Assembly (NCBI GenBank): GCA_038062015.1
Contig: JBBTXZ010000004.1
Span: forward strand, 1-57,066
Reading direction: 5' to 3'
Source: Patescibacteria group bacterium
GTDB lineage: Bacteria > Patescibacteriota > Minisyncoccia > 2-02-FULL-40-12
DNA length: 57,066 nt
Under the pieces are notes generated by a model, which saw only the letters and a program-made list of their open reading frames with translations, searched no databases and was not told where the DNA came from. A program made the translations under genes and the position numbers. Positions 1 through 8,617 of this stretch are shown piece after piece; position 1 is the first letter of the stretch, and each line of letters begins with the position of its first letter.

Positions 1-170
1 AAAAACTTGAAATTGTCATTCGTGCGGCTCCGCCGCCTTTCTGGATTTTCGCGGGCCTTCGCCTCGCCGAAGTGGCTTCGGCCACGCCACGCAGGCGGGG
101 GACTTCCTCGCCCCGAGCCTGTCGAGGGGCGAAAGCGGTTCGGACTAATTCAAGAATACTGCACCAAGAC
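1..170 (+). ncRNA. GC-rich structured segment, unassigned (3' part of an ncRNA, or a cluster of GC-rich mini-elements)
   Basis: Visibly GC-rich against AT-rich flanks. UUCG-capped hairpin GTGGC-TTCG-GCCAC (72-85). Hairpin CGCCCC...GGGGCG (109-131). Closing pairing CTTGAA (6-11) / TTCAAG (149-154). No frame has a credible start and stop. An intrinsic terminator follows directly on the + strand. Confidence 0.3.
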
Positions 171-198
171 AAAAAAACCGAGAGCTCTCGGTTTTTTT
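171..198 (+). terminator. Rho-independent terminator (bidirectional shape)
   Basis: A7, then CCGAGAG/CTCTCGG hairpin (178-191), then T7. Confidence 0.7.
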
Positions 199-277
199 GA
201 TATTGGACAGACAAATTTCAAACAGGCAAAAGTTTTATAAATTAACTATATCTGCTATGCTCAAAGCGGAGGTGCTT

Positions 278-517
278 ATGATAAAAGATGAATCAAATAA
301 TCTGCCACCGCATCTGCCGACGCCGGAGGAGATAGAAACAACTAAGCTCTATGAAGTTCTTTTACGGGAAGGATGGAAGTCAGTCAAGGGCAACCAATGG
401 GTTAACGAAGCCGGGGAAAGGGGGTATTACTTGATCGCTATGCAAAAGGAAGGCGAAAAAACAATCGTTCTTCAATCTCCTGTTTCTTTGTTTATTGTTC
501 GTCTGCCTGAATCTTAA
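278..517 (+). CDS. hypothetical small protein (79 aa)
   Basis: ATG at 278 lies 5 nt after GGAGGTG. The ORF is followed by a clean terminator. No family recognised. Confidence 0.55.
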   Translation: MIKDESNNLPPHLPTPEEIETTKLYEVLLREGWKSVKGNQWVNEAGERGYYLIAMQKEGEKTIVLQSPVSLFIVRLPES

Positions 518-520
518 AAA

Positions 521-552
521 CGGTCCGCAAAAACTGCGGACCTGATTTTTTT
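521..552 (+). terminator. Rho-independent terminator
   Basis: GGTCCGCA-aaaac-TGCGGACC hairpin followed by a T-run. Confidence 0.75.
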
Positions 553-579
553 GACAATTCCCAAGCCTTGTGATAATAT
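551..579 (+). promoter_or_regulatory. sigma70-like promoter
   Basis: TTGACA (551-556), 17-nt spacer, TAATAT (574-579), upstream of the 614 ORF. Confidence 0.55.
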
Positions 580-613
580 AAATATACTGCACATTTACGT
601 TTAAGGAGAACAT

Positions 614-826
614 ATGCAGAAAGTCGCGCTCTCTAAAAAAATTGCGCGGATAGGGGGCTGGGTATTCCTTTATGTTGCCTTTGCCTGCGCCTTCGCAGGC
701 TGGGTATCACCGGAAGAAGAATGGAGAGCTTGGGCAACGACATCGGTGATGCTCATTGCCGGCGGCCTGGCCGCTCTTCTTTGGGGCTACCGAGGCGAAA
801 TCACATTTCGCCTGGAGCGCGAATGA
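614..826 (+). CDS. small membrane protein (70 aa, two hydrophobic helices)
   Basis: AAGGAG lies 6 nt upstream of the ATG. Two hydrophobic segments are present. Confidence 0.55.
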   Translation: MQKVALSKKIARIGGWVFLYVAFACAFAGWVSPEEEWRAWATTSVMLIAGGLAALLWGYRGEITFRLERE

Positions 827-955
827 GAGACGCTCAAGGCAAATCAGTTGACCCGTCAAGTCTTAAAGATTGGCGGGTTTTTGTTTTTTAAAACGAAGGA
901 TTGCTTAAATAAATTTTTTATGATAGAATTTTTTCGAACTGGCTTTTTAAAAAGT

Positions 956-1225
956 ATGGCTCTAACCCCGAAAGAAAAAACAAAAATCATCCAGCCGCAG
1001 TCGCTCCACGAAAAAGACACCGGCTCTACCGGAATTCAAGCGGCTTTATTCACCGAAGAGATAAAACGGCTGATTAAACATTTAAAAGACCATCCCAAAG
1101 ACCATTCTTCCAGGCGGGGTCTTTTGAAAACTGTTTCCAAAAGAAAACGGCTGCTCGATTATCTAAAAAAAGATGATCCGAAAAAATACAGCTCAATCAT
1201 TAAAGACCTGGGGCTAAAACGTTAA
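956..1225 (+). CDS. rpsO: 30S ribosomal protein S15
   Basis: 89-aa product MALTPKEK...HSSRRGLLKTVSKRKRLLDYLKK is S15-like. Classical position upstream of pnp. The longer ORF from 848 is N-terminal junk. Confidence 0.9.
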   Translation: MALTPKEKTKIIQPQSLHEKDTGSTGIQAALFTEEIKRLIKHLKDHPKDHSSRRGLLKTVSKRKRLLDYLKKDDPKKYSSIIKDLGLKR

Positions 1226-1774
1226 ATGGCTTACAAAATAGCTGCCATTGCTTCTTCTTTGCCTAAGCTTTTCATGCATTCTAAAAAAACCCAGACTGTG
1301 GCTGTTTTCGTTGACGCCCAAAACATGTACCACTCGGCCAGAAACCTTTACAAAGCCAGAGTCAACTTTAAAGAACTTTTAAAATTCACTGTGGCCGGAA
1401 GAAATCTAATCAAGGCCAATGCTTACGTCATCAAAAGCGACATCCCCGAAGAACAGGGTTTTTTCGAAGCTTTAGAACGTTCAGGCTATTACCTGAAAAT
1501 GAAGGATCTCCAAATTTTTCCGGGCGGAATGAAAAAGGCCGACTGGGATGTCGGCATGGCCATTGACGCCATCAGCATGGCTCCCAAAGCCGAGGTGATG
1601 GTTTTCGCCACCGGCGACGGTGACTTCATCCCTCTTTTAGAGTATCTGAAACATCAGGGAATCACCGTGGAAGTGGTGGCTTTCAGAAGAAGCACTTCTT
1701 CCAAGCTAATTCAAGCCGCTGACAAGTTTTATGACTTGGAAGAAGAAGCCGAAAGATTTTTGTTAAGAAAATAG
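1226..1774 (+). CDS. NYN/LabA-like (DUF88) PIN-fold protein
   Basis: VAVFVDAQNMY ... DVGMAIDAI ... FATGDGDFIPLLEYLK motifs typical of NYN domains. Confidence 0.75.
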   Translation: MAYKIAAIASSLPKLFMHSKKTQTVAVFVDAQNMYHSARNLYKARVNFKELLKFTVAGRNLIKANAYVIKSDIPEEQGFFEALERSGYYLKMKDLQIFPGGMKKADWDVGMAIDAISMAPKAEVMVFATGDGDFIPLLEYLKHQGITVEVVAFRRSTSSKLIQAADKFYDLEEEAERFLLRK

Positions 1775-1819
1775 TTCGAGACCTCGACTGAGCTCGGTCG
1801 AAGTCCAAGCTCACCATAA

Positions 1820-3919
1820 ATGACCAAAGTCAAAAAGTTTTCAACTGAATACGGGGGCAGAAAACTGGAAGTAGAAATAGGCAAACTGGCTGAACAAGCA
1901 GACGGTTCTGTTTTTATTAGATACGGCGACACTTCAGTTTTAGTGACAGCGATAATGAACGATTTTCAAAAAGACGCAAACTATATGCCCCTGATTGTAG
2001 ATTACGAAGAAAGATATTACGCCGCCGGAAAAATAAAAGGCTCAAGATGGATAAAAAGAGAGACCCGGCCCGGCGAAGAAGCGATTCTCCATGCCCGGAT
2101 GATTGACCGGACCCTGCGCCCCCGCTTTGATCAAAGGATTAGAAACGAAATTCAAATAGTCGCTACCGTCCTCTCTTTTGACGGAGAAAACGACCCGGAT
2201 ATACCTAGCCTTATCGGCGCTTCTTTGGCTTTGATGGTTTCGGATATTCCTTTTTCGGGCCCGGTGGCCGGAGCCAGAATCGGAGAGATAAATGGAGAAT
2301 TGGTCTTAAATCCTAATTATGAACAAAGGGTAAAATCATCTTTTGATCTAGTTGTCGCCGGAATAGACGAAAAAGTGAGCATGCTGGAATTTGAAGGAAA
2401 CCAGATTCCGGAAGACCGGGTTCTAAAAGCCATTGACTTCGGCCATAAAGAATACAAAAAAATAATTGAATTCCAGGCTGGAATCGCCGGCCAGCTTAAA
2501 ACCGAAAAAAGAAAACTGGAAATTTTTGAACCGGAAGAAAAAGTAATCAAGGCGATAAAAAATTTTCTCAAAGACAAGCTGGAAAAGGCCATTTATGAAA
2601 CCAATGGCAAAACTAAAACTTGGTCAGCTTTGGATGCTTTAAAAAATTTGCTGATTGAACACTTAAAAGAAAATTATAAAGACAACTCGGACTTATTCAA
2701 AATTTTAAAAGAGCTTGAAAACATAGTTGGCCAAGAATTAGATGAAATCGTCCATAAAAACATTTTGGAAAAAGAAAGAAGGTCTGATGGAAGAAAATTA
2801 GACCAGATAAGGCCCTTGAATATTGAGGCCGGAGTATTACCGAGAACCCACGGTTCGGCCATTTTCCAACGGGGCGAAACCCAGATTTTAAACATCCTGA
2901 CTTTGGGCAGTCCGGGCAAAGAACAATGGATTGAAGAAATGGAAACCGAAAAAAAGAAATACTTTATGCACCATTATAATTTCCCGCCTTTCTCCGTCGG
3001 CGAAACCGGCCGGGTCGGCTTTCCGGGCCGAAGAGAGATCGGCCACGGCGTTTTAGCCGAAAAATCCCTTGAACCAGTCGTACCAACTAAAGAAAACTTC
3101 CCCTACACTATCCGCCTTGTTTCGGAAGCTTTATCATCTAACGGCTCAACTTCAATGGCTTCGGTCTGCGCTTCTTCTTTGGCTCTGATGGACGGCGGAG
3201 TACCGATAAAAGAACCAGTGGCCGGTATTTCAATCGGCCTGGCTTTATCGCCGGACAAAAAAAGATTCAAGCTTTTAACTGACATCCAAGGCGAAGAAGA
3301 CCATTACGGCGACATGGATTTCAAAGTGGCTGGCACGAAAAATGGAATTACAGGCATTCAGTTAGATGTCAAAACCGACGGGTTGACTAATGAAATAGCT
3401 GAAGCCGCTTTAGAAGAAGCCCGCAAAGCCAGGCTTTATATTCTTGAAGAAATGAAAAAAGTGATTGCCTCGCCTCGGCCCGAACTTTCGCCTTTCGCCC
3501 CCAGAGTCTACAAAATCCAGATCAACCCGGACAAAATCCGAAATGTCATCGGACCGGGCGGCAAAATCATCAATGAAATCATTGCCCAGACCGGAGTCAA
3601 TATAGATATTGAGGACTCGGGTTTGGTCTTTGTCACTTCGGAAAAAGAAGAGGGAGCTAAGAAGGCGCTTGAATGGATTAATAACCTGACTAGAGAAGTT
3701 AAAGCCGGGGAAATTTTTGAAGGAATCGTAGTTAAGATTACTGACTTCGGCGCTTTTATTGAGCTTTTCCCGAACCAGGACGGTTTGGTCCATATCTCGG
3801 AAATCTCGGACAAACGGATTGAAAGAGTTTCCGATGTTTTGAAAGTCGGCGACATGGCCAGAGTAAAAGTCAAAAAAATAGATGAACAGGGCCGAGTCAG
3901 TCTGACGATGAAATTCTAG
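1820..3919 (+). CDS. pnp: polynucleotide phosphorylase
   Basis: 699 aa. Two RNase PH domains, a KH domain (NVIGPGGKIINEI) and an S1 domain (GIVVKITDFGAFIEL). Confidence 0.95.
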   Translation: MTKVKKFSTEYGGRKLEVEIGKLAEQADGSVFIRYGDTSVLVTAIMNDFQKDANYMPLIVDYEERYYAAGKIKGSRWIKRETRPGEEAILHARMIDRTLRPRFDQRIRNEIQIVATVLSFDGENDPDIPSLIGASLALMVSDIPFSGPVAGARIGEINGELVLNPNYEQRVKSSFDLVVAGIDEKVSMLEFEGNQIPEDRVLKAIDFGHKEYKKIIEFQAGIAGQLKTEKRKLEIFEPEEKVIKAIKNFLKDKLEKAIYETNGKTKTWSALDALKNLLIEHLKENYKDNSDLFKILKELENIVGQELDEIVHKNILEKERRSDGRKLDQIRPLNIEAGVLPRTHGSAIFQRGETQILNILTLGSPGKEQWIEEMETEKKKYFMHHYNFPPFSVGETGRVGFPGRREIGHGVLAEKSLEPVVPTKENFPYTIRLVSEALSSNGSTSMASVCASSLALMDGGVPIKEPVAGISIGLALSPDKKRFKLLTDIQGEEDHYGDMDFKVAGTKNGITGIQLDVKTDGLTNEIAEAALEEARKARLYILEEMKKVIASPRPELSPFAPRVYKIQINPDKIRNVIGPGGKIINEIIAQTGVNIDIEDSGLVFVTSEKEEGAKKALEWINNLTREVKAGEIFEGIVVKITDFGAFIELFPNQDGLVHISEISDKRIERVSDVLKVGDMARVKVKKIDEQGRVSLTMKF

Positions 3920-4072
3920 CTCGGGTTGTGTCATTTGAAGGATTATTTGTCTGCGAGTCTTGAGAGAAGAAATTGCTATACCGAGTCGCTTTCGTGAATT
4001 AGCTATACTTCAAGTAAGTTATTCACAGCCTGGTATTTATCATCTCTTAAAAGAAAACATATAATATACGTA

Positions 4073-5287
4073 ATGCCAGACGAACTAAAAAATCAGGGGG
4101 ACCAAAAACCTATTTCTTTGGAGCCGCCCAAAGATATTGAAAATCTTTTAAAAGAGCTGCCCAAAATCGATCCCCCCAAACCCACAGCTCCTCCGGTTTT
4201 ATCTCCGCCAAAACCTCAAACACCGCCTCCCCTAAAACCCATATCTCCCCCTCCAGCCTCCAGCCTCCAGCCTCCAGCTCCCCAGAGTGCTAAATCTTTT
4301 GTCCGAACAATGGCCGAAGATCTTGAAGCCGCCAAAAAAGGGATTAAACCGGAATCGAAGCCATTTGAAATCAAACCGCCGCCGAGCATCCCCAAAACGA
4401 CTCCTCTGCCGCCTCCTTTAAAAATACCTTCTTCCCCCCAGATAAAACTCGGACCGGCAGAAAAAACCAAATCATTGGAATTGCCTAAAATAGAGCCTTT
4501 GCCATCAAGCCCTCCATCTGCCAGAAAATTCGCTTTAAGCCCGAAGTTTTTAATTCTTATTTTGGTTATAATCGCGGCAGTCTTTGCCGGAGCCTGGTTT
4601 TTCCTGACCAGAGAACCAAAACAAGTGGTGGTTATTACGCCAACCCCCGCCCCGACTTCCAGCCCAACGCCAAAAACTTTTTCCGAACTCATTCCTTCTA
4701 CCAGTCAAATTACCATTTCCTCAACTAAAAATTTCCTGACCGTCCTGACTAGCGAAATAAACTCTCTGACTTTAACCGCCGGCAGTCTGACTTTCTTAAA
4801 TCTTATTGATGAAAATGGCGCTCCGTATTCCCTGAATCAAATTTTTGAAAAACTAGGCATTATCCCTCCAGCTGGCCTCTTGGAAAATCTGGATTCCGAT
4901 GAATGGATGATCGCTGCTTACGGTCAAAAAGAGTCATTCAATTCAAAGAGTCTCTTAACTTTCAATGAAGCGCCCAAACCGAAAATAGTCTTAGCAGCCA
5001 AGATATTCGACTTAATTCCTTTAAGAAGCACATTAAACAACTGGGAGTCTGCCATGACCGACGACTTAAAAAACTTATTCGGCCTCGATTCAAAAAAAGC
5101 AACCAGCGAAACATTTCTGGATAATATCTATGGCGGAATCGACATCCGATACCGAAACTTTCCTTTTGCCGATAAAAGTATTGATTACGCTATCGTCAGT
5201 CTAACCGAATTCAATGCTGATTACTTTGTTCTTGCCGGCTCCAGAGAAAGCATTTATTCGGCTATTGATCTCTTGCAACGTCAATAA
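4073..5287 (+). CDS. proline-rich membrane-anchored protein, function unknown
   Basis: N-terminal 150 aa are Pro-rich low complexity, followed by one TM helix (FLILILVIIAAVFAGAWFFL) and a C-terminal globular part. Confidence 0.6.
   Translation: MPDELKNQGDQKPISLEPPKDIENLLKELPKIDPPKPTAPPVLSPPKPQTPPPLKPISPPPASSLQPPAPQSAKSFVRTMAEDLEAAKKGIKPESKPFEIKPPPSIPKTTPLPPPLKIPSSPQIKLGPAEKTKSLELPKIEPLPSSPPSARKFALSPKFLILILVIIAAVFAGAWFFLTREPKQVVVITPTPAPTSSPTPKTFSELIPSTSQITISSTKNFLTVLTSEINSLTLTAGSLTFLNLIDENGAPYSLNQIFEKLGIIPPAGLLENLDSDEWMIAAYGQKESFNSKSLLTFNEAPKPKIVLAAKIFDLIPLRSTLNNWESAMTDDLKNLFGLDSKKATSETFLDNIYGGIDIRYRNFPFADKSIDYAIVSLTEFNADYFVLAGSRESIYSAIDLLQRQ
4251..4278. repeat. 4 perfect tandem copies of heptamer CTCCAGC (reverse complement GCTGGAG) inside a CDS
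   Basis: Read directly: ctccagc x4. Confidence 0.9.
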
Positions 5288-5298
5288 AAACTCTTGTC

Positions 5299-5327
5299 TT
5301 GACAAGTAGAAACAACCGGCAAATAAT
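5299..5327 (+). promoter_or_regulatory. sigma70-like promoter
   Basis: TTGACA, 17-nt spacer, AATAAT, about 38 nt upstream of the dksA-like start. Confidence 0.5.
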
Positions 5328-5364
5328 TAAGCTAAGGGGCAACTCGGCCTGTTATTTATTATAA

Positions 5365-5724
5365 ATGACACCTCAACAACTTGAACAATTAAAGAAAAGC
5401 TTGGCTGAAGAAAAAAAGAGGATCGAAAAAGAATTAGGCGAAATCGGCCAAAAAAATCCCAAAGTAGAGGGTAATTTTGACGTTCGCTTTCCCCAATACG
5501 GCCAGGGCAAGGATGAGAACGCCCAAGAAGTGGCTGAATTTGAAAAAATGAAAATTCTTGAAGCTAATTTAGAAAAAAGGCTCGGCGAAATAAACGAAAC
5601 TCTAAAAAAAGTTGGGGAAGATACTTATGGAACTTGTCAAAGCTGCTCGGCCGAAATAGAAAAGCCGCGGCTCAAAGCCATGCCTACGGCTTCTCTTTGT
5701 TCTGTTTGCGCTAAAAAAATATAA
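5365..5724 (+). CDS. DksA/TraR-family C4 zinc-finger protein
   Basis: Coiled-coil N-terminus and CQSCSAEI...CSVCAKK four-Cys finger. Confidence 0.8.
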   Translation: MTPQQLEQLKKSLAEEKKRIEKELGEIGQKNPKVEGNFDVRFPQYGQGKDENAQEVAEFEKMKILEANLEKRLGEINETLKKVGEDTYGTCQSCSAEIEKPRLKAMPTASLCSVCAKKI

Positions 5725-5830
5725 TAGACATTTCGATATATCAATATATATGGGCAAGAATCCATATGATTATTTTGTCCGGTATAAATAAACATTTATT
5801 TATACCTCACTTATAATTATAATTTGAGTA

Positions 5831-7384
5831 ATGACCTCAAAAATATTTTCTGCCGCCATCATCGGACTTGACGCCATTCCGATTGAAGTTGAAGTTGATA
5901 CCTCGCGCGGCCTGCCTTCTTTCAATATCGTCGGCCTGCCGGATAAAACCGTCCAAGAATCAAAAGACCGGATAAATTCGGCCATAAAAAATTCCGGCCT
6001 CCAAAATCCTAAAAAAGAAAACCTGAAAATAGTGGTTAATCTTGCTCCGGCCGACATAAAAAAACAGGGGCCGACTTATGACCTGCCGATCGCCGCCTGT
6101 TACCTTTTGAACACCAAGCAGGTTGAATTCGACTACAAAGAAAAAATTTTCGCCGGAGAACTGGCTCTGGATGGCTCATTAAGAAGTATAACCGGAGTTT
6201 TGTCGATCGCTCTAATGGCCAGAGATCGCGGATTTAAAGAACTAATCCTACCCAAACAAAACACCAAAGAAGCCAGCCTGATCAAGGGAATCAGAATTAT
6301 CGGCCTTAAAAATTTAACCGAACTGGCCGCCTACTTAAACGGTCAAATTTTGATTGAGCCGGAAAAACCGGCTGATTTCTCAAAATTATTAATCGACGGT
6401 AACAATCAAGATTTCGACATCTCTGAAATCAAGGGGCAGGAAACAGCCAAAAGGGGCATGGCCATTGCCGCAGCCGGCTTCCACAATATCCTTTTGACCG
6501 GGCCGCCGGGCGCCGGAAAAACAATGCTGGCCAAAGCCCTGCCTTCAATCATGCCGGCTCTTTCTTTAAAGGAAGCTCTCGAAATAACTAAAATACACAG
6601 TATTGCCAACGTTTTAAAATATACGGAAGAAGACAATGGCTATTTAATCAGTCAGAGGCAATTTAGAAATCCACATCATACTGCTTCGGCCGCGGCTTTG
6701 GTCGGCGGCGGAGCCAATCCCAGGCCCGGCGAAATAAGCCTGGCCCATCGGGGCGTTTTGTTTTTGGACGAATTCCCGGAATTCAACCGCGACGTTTTGG
6801 AATCTCTGCGCCAGCCCCTTGAAGAAGGAAAAATTTCAGTTTCGCGGGCCAGCCACTCAATCACCTATCCAGCCAGGTTTCTATTAGTCGCTTCAATGAA
6901 CCCCTGCCCCTGCGGAAATTATCAAAATCCCCAAAAAGAATGCCTCTGCGCTCCGGGAACCATAATGCGATACCAGAAAAAAATCTCCGGCCCGCTCTTG
7001 GACCGATTCGACATTAAATTAAACGTGCCGCAGGAAGACCCCAGAAAATTAAAAGACGAACCGAATTACCAAGAATCAAAAGAGACAAGAAAACTGGTGG
7101 AAGCAGCGAGACAAAAACAGCTTGAGCGTTTTCAAGAAAGCGGAATCTTCACCAATTCGGAGATGACTAATCGTCAAGTGAGAAAGTTTTGCAAAATTGA
7201 TCCGGAAACCGAAGAAACTTTAGACAATTACGCCACTGTGAAAAAAATAAGCCACCGGGCTTATTTCAAAATTTTGAAGCTGGCCCGGACCATCGCTGAT
7301 TTGGAGGGCCGGGAAAATATTTTGGGGCAGGATATAAACGAGGCCTTCATCTACAAAAACGATGGTGTGCTGGTGACTTTATAA
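5831..7384 (+). CDS. comM: YifB/ComM Mg-chelatase-like AAA+ ATPase
   Basis: Lon-protease-like N-domain. Walker A GPPGAGKT. VLFLDEFPEF. C-terminal ChlI-like region. Confidence 0.9.
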   Translation: MTSKIFSAAIIGLDAIPIEVEVDTSRGLPSFNIVGLPDKTVQESKDRINSAIKNSGLQNPKKENLKIVVNLAPADIKKQGPTYDLPIAACYLLNTKQVEFDYKEKIFAGELALDGSLRSITGVLSIALMARDRGFKELILPKQNTKEASLIKGIRIIGLKNLTELAAYLNGQILIEPEKPADFSKLLIDGNNQDFDISEIKGQETAKRGMAIAAAGFHNILLTGPPGAGKTMLAKALPSIMPALSLKEALEITKIHSIANVLKYTEEDNGYLISQRQFRNPHHTASAAALVGGGANPRPGEISLAHRGVLFLDEFPEFNRDVLESLRQPLEEGKISVSRASHSITYPARFLLVASMNPCPCGNYQNPQKECLCAPGTIMRYQKKISGPLLDRFDIKLNVPQEDPRKLKDEPNYQESKETRKLVEAARQKQLERFQESGIFTNSEMTNRQVRKFCKIDPETEETLDNYATVKKISHRAYFKILKLARTIADLEGRENILGQDINEAFIYKNDGVLVTL

Positions 7385-7563
7385 ATGTTTTTGGTGAGAT
7401 TCTGAATTCTGCCCGCAGGAAGGTTTGGGGAGGAATGCGGGAAACATATTATTTTTTAATTAATTTAAAATTTTTTAACAAAAGAAAAACGAACCGATCA
7501 GCGTAAGCCAACCAGTTCGTCGATGTTTGTCCACACTGCGTAGTGGACTTCACGGTGGTATTT

Positions 7564-7863
7564 CTACCACACTTGGGTCTTGCCCTCCCGTTGGAGGTCC
7601 CAAGCCGTGAACACCGCTCCAGCCTCGACCAGCCGTTTGACGACTGGGAGGAGCTGGGAGCTCGTCCCGCCGTTGGCGATGAGCGTGTAGCTTTCGCCGG
7701 CGGCGGGAGCGAACGCGCTCACGGGGACAACTTCGACTCCAGCCGGAGGCTGAAGCTGATCTCCGTCCCGAGAGATCACGAGCACACCCTGCTCGTTGGG
7801 GAATCCCCGACGCGCATCCGCGAGGATGCCTTCCGTGTTGCGACCGAGAAATGATAGAATCAT
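7564..7863 (-). CDS. hypothetical 99-aa protein in GC-rich cassette a
   Basis: AAGGAGAAGAAC precedes the ATG. Hand count of 7561-7860 gives 189/300 = 63% G+C. This frame looks protein-like, while the two overlapping frames are Arg/Gly-rich junk. No family recognised. Confidence 0.5.
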   Translation of the reverse strand: MILSFLGRNTEGILADARRGFPNEQGVLVISRDGDQLQPPAGVEVVPVSAFAPAAGESYTLIANGGTSSQLLPVVKRLVEAGAVFTAWDLQREGKTQVW

Positions 7864-7975
7864 GTTCTTCTCCTTGTGAATGCTGGGCGTAGCCAGCAGA
7901 TTTCAATGAGGTCGAAAGCGTCATTGCTCCGACCTTGATCGCGCTCAGCGCGAGTATGCCTCGGCTTCTGAAGCC
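7864..7975 (-). promoter_or_regulatory. structured 5' leader of cassette a (three hairpins)
   Basis: Hairpins at 7963-7975, 7939-7953 (TCGCGC-TGA-GCGCGA on the transcribed strand) and 7910-7934. The 21-nt block 7939-7959 matches 8447-8467 at 19 of 21 positions. Confidence 0.45.
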
Positions 7976-8143
7976 AGACAATTAAATCGCAAATGATTTG
8001 TAATCTAATTGCCTAGCTTCAAAATTTATTTTCTCAAAGATCTTCTGTTTCGGCTTTTTAAGCCATCATCAGGGTAAGTACACACTTACCGACAGAGAGG
8101 GTTTTGTTAATCCAGACCCTCAATCTGGAATTAAGTGCGGGGA

Positions 8144-8380
8144 TTACCAGCCCTCGCACTCTTTTTTTGGGACTTGCACCCAGCGGGCGTACAGCCCGCC
8201 GAGGATCCCTTTGGTGCCCTCTCGGCGGTACCCAGCCACGGCAACGTACCAGTTGCCGTTGACTTGGGTCAAATCCCCCGCATTGGGGGTTTGATCCAAT
8301 CGGGCTCGGGGCCATGCTCCGAGCATGCCTTCTTCTGACCCTGGCTGAGCGGCGATAGCCGCCATTTCCTCTTTTTTCAT
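8144..8380 (-). CDS. hypothetical 78-aa protein in GC-rich cassette b
   Basis: ATG at 8380 lies 6 nt after GGGGAGGGCGGG. About 62% G+C in the line sampled. The longer TTG-initiated 100-aa version would include leader sequence. No family recognised. Confidence 0.45.
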   Translation of the reverse strand: MKKEEMAAIAAQPGSEEGMLGAWPRARLDQTPNAGDLTQVNGNWYVAVAGYRREGTKGILGGLYARWVQVPKKECEGW

Positions 8381-8611
8381 CCCGCCCTCCCCGCTCTTTG
8401 AGCGAGAGAATCTTCTGCCGCAAAATGCGTACCAGAAGCCTTTCAATCGCGCACAGCGCGTGTATGCTTTTTCGGAATATATTCCCGAAGAGCGAACTAA
8501 GTATATATTCTAACTTTATATACCCACTTCGCTCTTCAGGAAACCTAGTTTTTAAAGAAAACTGCTTAATCAGGTGTTGCACTTGAGGGTTTAATGGACG
8601 ATTTTCTTAAT
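8381..8611 (-). promoter_or_regulatory. long structured 5' leader of cassette b
   Basis: 10-bp stem GAAGAGCGAA/TTCGCTCTTC (8487-8545 region). GGAATATATTCC palindrome (8474-8485). Conserved CGCGC-TGT-GCGCG hairpin (8447-8461). CTTCTG...CAGAAG hairpin (8412-8438). Confidence 0.45.
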
Positions 8612-8617
8612 ACTTTA

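Noticed and set aside
1-170. Identification as RNase P RNA, tmRNA, SRP RNA, 5S rRNA, an FMN or cobalamin riboswitch, or group II intron domain V.
   Set aside because: Only loose resemblances were found: GAGGAAGTCC versus GAGGAAAGUCC, and a GAGCC...GGUUC pairing. The other universally conserved blocks of each family are absent.
2317-3934. Antisense ORFs inside pnp (for example 3410..3934, 174 aa). Similar antisense ORFs lie inside polA, recG, the VirB4 gene, the pilB-like gene, gpmI and rny.
   Set aside because: Each lies fully within a confidently identified gene on the opposite strand. Their products are low-complexity (Ser/Phe/Lys-rich).
7543-7981. ORFs 7543..7854 (+, 103 aa) and 7550..7981 (-, 143 aa) overlapping the 99-aa ORF.
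   Set aside because: High G+C keeps several frames open. Their products are Arg/Gly/Ser-rich junk with no SD-positioned start. The 143-aa frame would run through the hairpin leader.
8058-8586. ORFs 8058..8582 (-, 174 aa), 8135..8338 (+), 8398..8586 (+), and the TTG-initiated 100-aa version of 8144..8446.
   Set aside because: They overlap the structured leader and 3' region. They have no ribosome-binding site and a low-complexity, Arg-rich composition. The ATG at 8380 with GGAGG is the only start with support.
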